Source: Oligoflexales bacterium (lineage in GTDB: Bacteria > Bdellovibrionota_B > Oligoflexia > Oligoflexales > CAIYRB01). From it: DNA of 23,018 bases. Below are positions 17,055 to 23,018 of the stretch, piece by piece. Made by a program: the position numbers and the translations under genes. The stretch's first letter is position 1. Every line of letters begins with the position of its first letter. The stretch covers positions 1 to 23,018 of the forward strand of contig JBGSUI010000165.1 of assembly GCA_041736175.1 (NCBI GenBank), written 5' to 3'. The notes beneath the pieces are model-generated. The model made no database searches, was not told the origin of the DNA, and saw only the letters and a program-made list of their open reading frames with translations.

Positions 17055-17549
17055 TTAGGGCTGCCGGTACTCACAGGCCACACGCTGGCAGCGACCAAAC
17101 AGATCAAGCCGATGGTGAGTCAGCTGAAACTTGTAATCTTGGGCAACTTTTTCTTGGAGCCGTTCGATCTCTGGATTTTCAAACTCAATCACTTTGCCAC
17201 AGTCGAGACAGATCAAATGGTCATGATGTTGGCCCGGAGTTCTGATTTCGTAAACAAAACGCCCTTCACTAAAAGCTTTTTGCTCGACCAGTCCAGCCTC
17301 CATAAGGAGATTAAGGGTTCTGTAGACCGTTGCAAGGCCGACGTTATGCCCATCTTTTTTAACGGCTTGGTGAAGATCTTCGGCGGAGGTGTGGGTGTCT
17401 AGTTCGATAAAGAGTTCGACGATTCTCTGGCGTTGTTTGGTTTGTTTAAGCCCCTTTTTGGCTAAATAACCATCAAGCTCATCCCAAAACCAACGGTGGC
17501 TTGCGGGTTTTAAGCTATGAGGGCCATGCTTTTTCTGCGCCATACGCAC
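17055..17549 (-). CDS. fur: Fur-family transcriptional regulator
   Basis: TKQRQRI, HTSAEDL, GLATVYRTLNLL, HHDHLICLDCGKVIEF and C-terminal CQRVAC. The start is GTG 17549 or ATG 17543. Metal specificity cannot be determined. Confidence 0.92.
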   Translation of the reverse strand: MRMAQKKHGPHSLKPASHRWFWDELDGYLAKKGLKQTKQRQRIVELFIELDTHTSAEDLHQAVKKDGHNVGLATVYRTLNLLMEAGLVEQKAFSEGRFVYEIRTPGQHHDHLICLDCGKVIEFENPEIERLQEKVAQDYKFQLTHHRLDLFGRCQRVACEYRQP

Positions 17550-17804
17550 TCTATCCTCCCCTTAAAGTAATCCATAACAGGCCGAAATATGTCGAAAACA
17601 CAACAGTTTGCCCAAAGACTAGTCATAAATAGCTGTCGAACACAGGCCCATGCAATACCCGTGGGATGTTGTAACCGATGAATATCTAAAAATAAACCCT
17701 TTTCCCTAGGGTCGCCTTTAACTCCCCACAACCATTGGCATGACCTAAGCATAAGATGATGATGTAGGCGGGCTGAAACCGTAGAAGTCGCAGTGGAGTG
17801 TCCT

Positions 17805-18722
17805 ATGAATTTGCTACCAGAAAGTATAAATCTAAAACCCCATCTTTGGCCCAGACAGACGTTTCTGCTGGCAATGATGTGCATTGGATCCGCGGGCCTG
17901 GGATGTTCTCCCAAAAATCGCGCTGTCAAAGGCTCACCCGATGGAACACGCATTAAAAAAGTCCTCATCACCTTAGAAAACATCGATGCCAAAGATCTCG
18001 ATCGGCCTAACAACATCTACGAACTCTCGGGTTGTATCGATCCCACCCAGGGGACTTTAGATCGGGAAAAAAGCCAACTCTCGGTATCTAACTCCAAGCT
18101 CAAACTCACCACTGCCTGTAACCTTTCCATCAGTAATCCTACCCCTGAGCCAGCTATGGCTTTTGATGACGGTGCTAAAAATCTGCTTTATAAAGCTCAG
18201 GGATTTGAGATTTACCAAACGCCCGAGGGACAACTCATCGCCAATGCTCGACTCCAAAAAACCTATCGTTACGAAATATCCGTCGACCAAAAATTTACCT
18301 GGGTGGTGCCCATCACCTTTCCAAAACCCGAATCAGGCAAAATCATCACCGGCCTCTTGCAGGAATGTTCTCCAAGCTTTGCTGCTTCCTCGTCCTTTAA
18401 ACGCAAAAATGACTTAGAGGGAGATCTGGAGTTTTATGCGTCACTGCCGACCCCCACAGATATCAAATGCAATATCCTTTGGGTTGGCGTCGATGGAATC
18501 GCCGAAAAATATTATTTTAAACCCGATGGTGGGTTCAAATTTACAGCAAAACCCAAAGAGACCTCCAAGGAGGGTCCGGTCACTTTGGTCATCAATCCTT
18601 TCCCCCAGTCTGACCCAACTGCGATTCAGATAGAGACATCGGCATTACCCGATGATAAGCGATGTGACTTTACCAAACAAATATTTAATACTGTCACAGG
18701 TCAGTGCGAAACAAAGCCTTAG
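17805..18722 (+). CDS. Hypothetical lipoprotein, beta-rich with several Cys
   Basis: GGAG before the ATG at 17805, hydrophobic segment ending in lipobox GLGC, and a long ORF. Confidence 0.75.
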   Translation: MNLLPESINLKPHLWPRQTFLLAMMCIGSAGLGCSPKNRAVKGSPDGTRIKKVLITLENIDAKDLDRPNNIYELSGCIDPTQGTLDREKSQLSVSNSKLKLTTACNLSISNPTPEPAMAFDDGAKNLLYKAQGFEIYQTPEGQLIANARLQKTYRYEISVDQKFTWVVPITFPKPESGKIITGLLQECSPSFAASSSFKRKNDLEGDLEFYASLPTPTDIKCNILWVGVDGIAEKYYFKPDGGFKFTAKPKETSKEGPVTLVINPFPQSDPTAIQIETSALPDDKRCDFTKQIFNTVTGQCETKP

Positions 18723-18728
18723 GTCCCG

Positions 18729-19535
18729 TCAAAAAGTCGAGCATTCCTTAGTATCTATGATGTTGATCGACGATCGGCTTATACTGTGACCATCCACTGC
18801 CTGATCAGCAAAATGCCGGTAGCTGGTTCTTGAACGTTTAAAACTCCAAAGGCCGAGTCCCAAAAAAACAAACAAGGCTGCAAGCGCTCCCAAGTAGATG
18901 GGTCTATTTTGCTCTAACCGGCTCGGTGCAGTCCCTGGTACCTCGAGAGAAACCATACTGCTCCAGGCTGCTGCAAAGCCATAATCCTTTGGGTCATTAA
19001 ACCTTTCTAACAGGTCGGTGTAGGTCATAAGATACTGCTTTTCGGCTCCGGAAACCAGGACATGCATTTGGACCATAGAATACTCGCCTAGTTTCATACT
19101 CGAATAAACAAGAATCCCGTCGTTTTTGTTGCGGTAGTCAAAAAGCTTGGCTTCTATGATTTGAAAGTCACTGACGCCACTTGTGGACGAAAATTGTTTG
19201 GTTAGATCAGCCTTTAAACTCTCGAGTCGCTGCCCATCGATGGGACTGGGTTGGTGCAAGGTCAAGAGAGTTATATTTCGATTGTATTTTGGTTTATCAT
19301 AGGAGGGTTTGTCGGAGGCCGGTTCTTTCATCACCAAAGAAATCCCAGGAATCTCTTGGTTTGATTCCCAGCCAGGGGGTGGTGTTATTTTTGCTTGCAA
19401 ACGGGTGAGTTCAAGTGGGCCACTGGCCCGATCGGGAGCTGCCGGTGCCGGCTTTGCTTCTTCGCCCATTCCGACTTCGCTGTGCCCCCAAAGATAAAAC
19501 GCCAATAATCCACCCAGCTTCCACATGCGCAACAT
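18729..19535 (-). CDS. Exported hypothetical protein, PsbP/DcrB-like domain with C-terminal TM anchor
   Basis: GAGGT SD before the ATG at 19535, signal peptide, ITPPPGW...RNITL...KQYLMTYT pattern, and TM IYLGALAALFVFLGLGLW followed by basic residues. Confidence 0.65.
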   Translation of the reverse strand: MLRMWKLGGLLAFYLWGHSEVGMGEEAKPAPAAPDRASGPLELTRLQAKITPPPGWESNQEIPGISLVMKEPASDKPSYDKPKYNRNITLLTLHQPSPIDGQRLESLKADLTKQFSSTSGVSDFQIIEAKLFDYRNKNDGILVYSSMKLGEYSMVQMHVLVSGAEKQYLMTYTDLLERFNDPKDYGFAAAWSSMVSLEVPGTAPSRLEQNRPIYLGALAALFVFLGLGLWSFKRSRTSYRHFADQAVDGHSISRSSINIIDTKECSTF

Positions 19536-19663
19536 AACAACTACCTCATTTTTAGCAAATTCTATGACCAGGTGGGTTTTACCAAACCACCAGACCAATT
19601 TGTTATAAACTATTTATATTTATAAATCAATTATATTTAATAATATAACTTTTAAGACACACG

Positions 19664-20125
19664 CTACAGAGGCTGGATATGGGGCTGAAATTCACCGATA
19701 TGCCGGTTGATCTCTTTTTTGCAGGTCTCGCCGAGTTCATCCCGCGCAACCATGAGACAGACTTGGGCTTCTTTCATATTCTCAAATTTTTTGTCGACAG
19801 CTCCGGAGATCTCTTTGCAGTGGGTTCCTAGCTCTTTTTTGCAGGTGTCTAGGACTTTAGACCAGCTTTGGGTCAGCTTTTGCCACTGGGGTTCCTGGGT
19901 CTTAAGAAACTCCTGACATTGGGGTGACGTCTTTGCCTTGTGCCGGTGGAGACAGTTTTGTTCAGTCTCCTTGTGGGTTTGGGACTCGCACAGTTTTTCA
20001 CGATCCGCGTCGCAGGGACCATATCCATAAAGACTTCCCGGTAATCCAGCAGATAAACCCAAAAAAATGTATAAACAGATTTTGCCTATAACTTGCGGCT
20101 CCTGCCTAGATTTGACGTTGCCCAT
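19664..20125 (-). CDS. Secreted cysteine-rich repeat protein (GLG1/Cys_rich_FGFR-like, two repeats)
   Basis: Signal-like N-terminus and repeats CDADREKLC...CLHRHKAKTSPQC and CKKELGTHC...CLMVARDELGETC. The start is uncertain. Confidence 0.7.
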   Translation of the reverse strand: MGNVKSRQEPQVIGKICLYIFLGLSAGLPGSLYGYGPCDADREKLCESQTHKETEQNCLHRHKAKTSPQCQEFLKTQEPQWQKLTQSWSKVLDTCKKELGTHCKEISGAVDKKFENMKEAQVCLMVARDELGETCKKEINRHIGEFQPHIQPL

Positions 20126-20218
20126 GATATATGACCTCCTAAATGACCGTGATAAAGTCTTTGATACTGCTTTGAATTGACCGATTTTTGGTGTATCCAA
20201 GAAGGCTGGAGGTCACCC

Positions 20219-20944
20219 ATGAACGCGACATCAACTCAGGAATCCGCAACCCAGCCAGTCCTTGAGGGATCGGAATTTACCTACCAAGTTTTAGGAAATA
20301 AAACCCCGGTCACGCCCCGCTCGATTTATGGGATTGGTCGCAACTACCTTAAACATATCGAAGAATTAAGCAATGCGCGCCCTGAGGAACCGGTGGTTTT
20401 TCTCAAATCCCAGGCTTCCCTCCGGCCCTTTGGACCAGCGAGCCTCGTGTCCCCCACTCCCTATCCCTTTCGAGACCAGGGTCTCCACCATGAGGCCGAA
20501 ATCCTCGTCTTGATCGGCAAGACTTTGCCTCTAGGATCATCACCATCCATAGCCCATATCGGCGGCCTGGGGCTAGGTCTCGACCTCACCCGTCGCGCCG
20601 TCCAAGACCAGCTCAAATCCCAGGGGCTCCCCTGGGCTCGGGCCAAAAACTTTGCCGGCTCCGCCATGGTTTCGCCGTTTCTCCCCGTGACGCCAGAGGT
20701 CGATTTGACTCAACTGGGCTTTCGCTTTTTAGTCAACAATACGTTACGCCAGGAGGGGCAGAGCGGTATGATGCTGTTTCCTATCTTGCAGCTCCTCAAG
20801 TCCCTCGCCATGCTCCATCCGCTGGTGCCTGGAGATCTTATTTTTACGGGGACTCCCGAAGGAGTCGGCCCACTCCAAGCCGGTGACGCTCTCGCACTGG
20901 AATGGACGGTACCCTGGCAGGAACGATTTACCCAAATCTTTTAG
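20219..20944 (+). CDS. Fumarylacetoacetate hydrolase family protein (YcgM/FAHD1-like)
   Basis: GIGRNYLKHIEEL, PVVFLK, HHEAE, GLDLTRR, PWARAKNF and GDLIFTGTPEGVGPL motifs. GGAGG SD before the ATG at 20219. Confidence 0.93.
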   Translation: MNATSTQESATQPVLEGSEFTYQVLGNKTPVTPRSIYGIGRNYLKHIEELSNARPEEPVVFLKSQASLRPFGPASLVSPTPYPFRDQGLHHEAEILVLIGKTLPLGSSPSIAHIGGLGLGLDLTRRAVQDQLKSQGLPWARAKNFAGSAMVSPFLPVTPEVDLTQLGFRFLVNNTLRQEGQSGMMLFPILQLLKSLAMLHPLVPGDLIFTGTPEGVGPLQAGDALALEWTVPWQERFTQIF

Positions 20945-20956
20945 GAGAGAGAACTT

Positions 20957-22255
20957 TTGGAACGTCCATCTTCGTCCGCATCTTCGACCGGAGCTTCTTC
21001 CGCAGCTTCGTCCTTGTTCCAAGATCTTACCCATCCGGCTGTCGTGGTATCGGCACTGGGTTATTTTGTGGATATCTATGACCTAGTCTTGTTTAGCATC
21101 GTCCGGAAACCCAGCCTTGAATCCCTTGGGATCCAAGGCCCTGAGCTGTTGACCCAAGGGGTATTTTTAATAAACATGCAGATGTTTGGCATGCTCCTAG
21201 GCGGACTTTTATGGGGGGTCTGGGGCGACAAAAAAGGCCGGCTTTCGGTCCTTTTTGGTTCGATCTTAATGTACTCCTTAGCCAATATCCTCAACGCGTT
21301 CGTCACCAATGTGGCTGCCTATGGCACCCTGCGTTTTATCGCTGGGGTGGGACTCGCGGGGGAGCTGGGTGCAGCCATCACTCTGGTAAGTGAATCCCTG
21401 CGCAAAGAACACCGGGGATACGCCACCGCCCTCATCGCTGGCATCGGCGTCTCTGGGGCCATCGCCGCGGGCCTGGTGGCCCAAGCCCTCAACTGGCAAG
21501 CCGCCTATGTGGTGGGCGGCGTGATGGGTTTAGGGCTCCTCGCTCTGCGGGTCAAAACCTTTGAGTCTCCTCTGTTTCACCAGCTATCCCAAAACTCCCC
21601 TCACCCTGGCACAGAGGTTCGCCGGGGGGATTTTAGGATGCTTTTTACAAATGGACCTCGATTTAGGCGCTACCTTGCTTCGATCCTGATCGGTATGCCC
21701 ACTTGGTTTGTGATCGGCATCTTGGTGACTTTTGCTCCGGAGATCACTCAAGAACTCGGGGCGACGGCGCCTGTATCGGCTGCCAATGGGATCATGTGGG
21801 CTTATGGAGGTCTGGTCATTGGCGATCTCGCCAGTGGGTTTATCAGCCAATGGGTCCAAAGTCGGAAAAAAGTGATTCTTTGGTTTATCCTAGGTTTGAC
21901 AGCGATGATGCTTTTCTACCTTTTTAGCGAAGGTCAAGCTCCTGCCACTTATTATGGTCTCTGTTTAGGGATGGGTATTTTTGCGGGATATTGGGCGGTT
22001 TTTGTGACCGTCGCTGCCGAACAGTTTGGCACCAATCTGCGAGCGACCGTCGCCACCACGGCCCCCAACTTTGTACGCGGGATGCTGGTGCCCATGACCC
22101 TTATGTTTCAATCCCTTCAAGGGTCCCTTGGCCTGCGGGGAGCGGCCCTTGTGGTCGGTGGCTTTACCGTCTTCATATCCCTCGCCGCAGCCCTCTCCCT
22201 TAGGGAAACCTTTGGGACGGACCTTAATTTTATTGAGGGGGATGGGCTGGCATAA
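20957..22255 (+). CDS. MFS transporter
   Basis: About 12 TM segments, LGYFVDIYDL, GDKKGRL, RFIAGVGLAGE and EQFGTNLRAT. AGGAG SD before the TTG start. Confidence 0.93.
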   Translation: MERPSSSASSTGASSAASSLFQDLTHPAVVVSALGYFVDIYDLVLFSIVRKPSLESLGIQGPELLTQGVFLINMQMFGMLLGGLLWGVWGDKKGRLSVLFGSILMYSLANILNAFVTNVAAYGTLRFIAGVGLAGELGAAITLVSESLRKEHRGYATALIAGIGVSGAIAAGLVAQALNWQAAYVVGGVMGLGLLALRVKTFESPLFHQLSQNSPHPGTEVRRGDFRMLFTNGPRFRRYLASILIGMPTWFVIGILVTFAPEITQELGATAPVSAANGIMWAYGGLVIGDLASGFISQWVQSRKKVILWFILGLTAMMLFYLFSEGQAPATYYGLCLGMGIFAGYWAVFVTVAAEQFGTNLRATVATTAPNFVRGMLVPMTLMFQSLQGSLGLRGAALVVGGFTVFISLAAALSLRETFGTDLNFIEGDGLA

Positions 22256-22374
22256 TAGACACCATTAAAACCATCTTGGGAGCGACTCCCCGGTCTTGGT
22301 GGTCTTTTGGTCCCCGCTGACAGGTTCTATGGCTTGGCGGATCGGACACTGAAAATGATCGGAATGACGAAAGC

Positions 22375-22761
22375 TCACCCAGCCTGCATCACCATCACAT
22401 CAATGTCTGCACCAAGGCTTTCGAGCAGATCGATCAGGGTGCCAATGCGAACTAGGTGGAGCTTTCCGGTCAGAATCTCGCTGACCCTTGACTGAGGCTT
22501 GTTCCAGAGGGCCGCGACCTCAACTTGAGTATAGCCTTTGGAACGGTAGATATCGAGGATGCTGCCTAGCAACTTAACCTTGAGCTGCGCCTTGCGGCTC
22601 TCCTTAGGCGAGAAGCCGAGCTGGTCAAATACGCTTGCTGGCTCCTTACTTTTTCCCTTCACCGTCGACCTTTTGTTTGAGAGCTTTGTAACGAGCGGCC
22701 GCTTTTTCGACGTCGGGCTTTGCCGTCTGGCTGCTTTTCTTTTGGAAACAGTGGAGGACAT
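22375..22761 (-). CDS. XRE/HTH_37 transcriptional regulator, HigA-like antitoxin
   Basis: SVFDQLGFS...YTQVEVAALWNKPQSRVSEILTGK...TLIDLLESLG, with a basic N-terminal extension. Confidence 0.8.
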   Translation of the reverse strand: MSSTVSKRKAARRQSPTSKKRPLVTKLSNKRSTVKGKSKEPASVFDQLGFSPKESRKAQLKVKLLGSILDIYRSKGYTQVEVAALWNKPQSRVSEILTGKLHLVRIGTLIDLLESLGADIDVMVMQAG

Positions 22762-22773
22762 GAACTTTATCCT

Positions 22774-23018
22774 TTATAAAATTCTTGGCCAGAAAACCGC
22801 GATGTCTTCAGCATCGCCGGATGAATGGCCGCCGTATCAACCTTGCGATTCAATATATCTCCTAACCGTCTCTTCCGAGGCGTCGCCTATGGTTGAAGCA
22901 AAATAACCATCAGTCCAAAAAGTCCTCTCCTTCCAAAACTGTTTTGAAAGCATCTCCGCAAATTGTCTCCAGACGGGTATAGTGGACTCTTGTTTGAGTT
23001 TTCTTACAATTTGTAGGA
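22774..23018 (-). mobile_element. IS200/IS605-family insertion sequence (one end, continues beyond the window)
   Basis: tnpA C-terminus followed by an imperfect subterminal hairpin GGCCA-ttcatccg-GCGATG-ctgaaga-CATCGC-ggttttc-TGGCC at 22787-22830. The exact boundary is approximate. Confidence 0.85.
22837..23016 (-). CDS. tnpA: IS200/IS605 Y1 transposase, C-terminal part (not in the ORF track, 5' end outside the window)
   Basis: Manual translation gives LQIVRKLKQESTIPVWRQFAEMLSKQFWKERTFWTDGYFASTIGDASEETVRRYIESQG*, with the catalytic YIxxQ motif. Confidence 0.92.
   Translation of the reverse strand, partial: LQIVRKLKQESTIPVWRQFAEMLSKQFWKERTFWTDGYFASTIGDASEETVRRYIESQG

Noticed and set aside
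17655..17681. Third sigma28 promoter (ACCGATGA) before the 17805 lipoprotein
   Set aside because: There is no acceptable -35 tetramer at 15-16 nt spacing.
17510..18016. 168-aa minus-strand ORF and other short overlapping ORFs in the track
   Set aside because: They lie antisense or out of frame to well-supported genes and show no recognisable motifs.
22257..22308. Terminator after the MFS gene
   Set aside because: Only a 5-bp core stem (gggag/ctccc) with imperfect outer pairing, too weak to call.
22559..22906. 115-aa plus-strand ORF
   Set aside because: It is antisense to the HTH gene, the IS end and tnpA.

Overview
Bacterial chromosomal window. The lipoprotein-rich content, sigma28-like promoters and ExbBD/ECF types suggest Bdellovibrionota/Oligoflexia, but this is inference only. 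The left ~5 kb is accessory: an AAA-ATPase remnant, then a 14 x 150-bp RCC1/BLIP-II repeat gene (7+7 blades) with hypervariable, mosaic surface loops and one in-frame TAA. Next is an AT-rich MNT-HEPN toxin-antitoxin pair bracketed by a ~130-bp direct repeat of the 3' end of a YbhB-like lipoprotein gene plus a promoter-like block. The middle holds a minus-strand run (OMP-like fusion ORF, exbB, exbD, gshA, large NAD-GDH), two tandem tRNA-Gly(GCC) genes, a metallophosphoesterase, a beta-solenoid-like lipoprotein, an orphan ECF sigma, a Tat-signal caspase-Tudor protein and fur. The right end holds exported hypotheticals, an FAA hydrolase, an MFS transporter, a HigA-like HTH gene and the end of an IS200/IS605 element (tnpA C-terminus plus hairpin) inserted just upstream of it. 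The best novelty candidates are the diversifying RCC1 array, the repeat-flanked TA mini-island and the exported caspase-Tudor protein.
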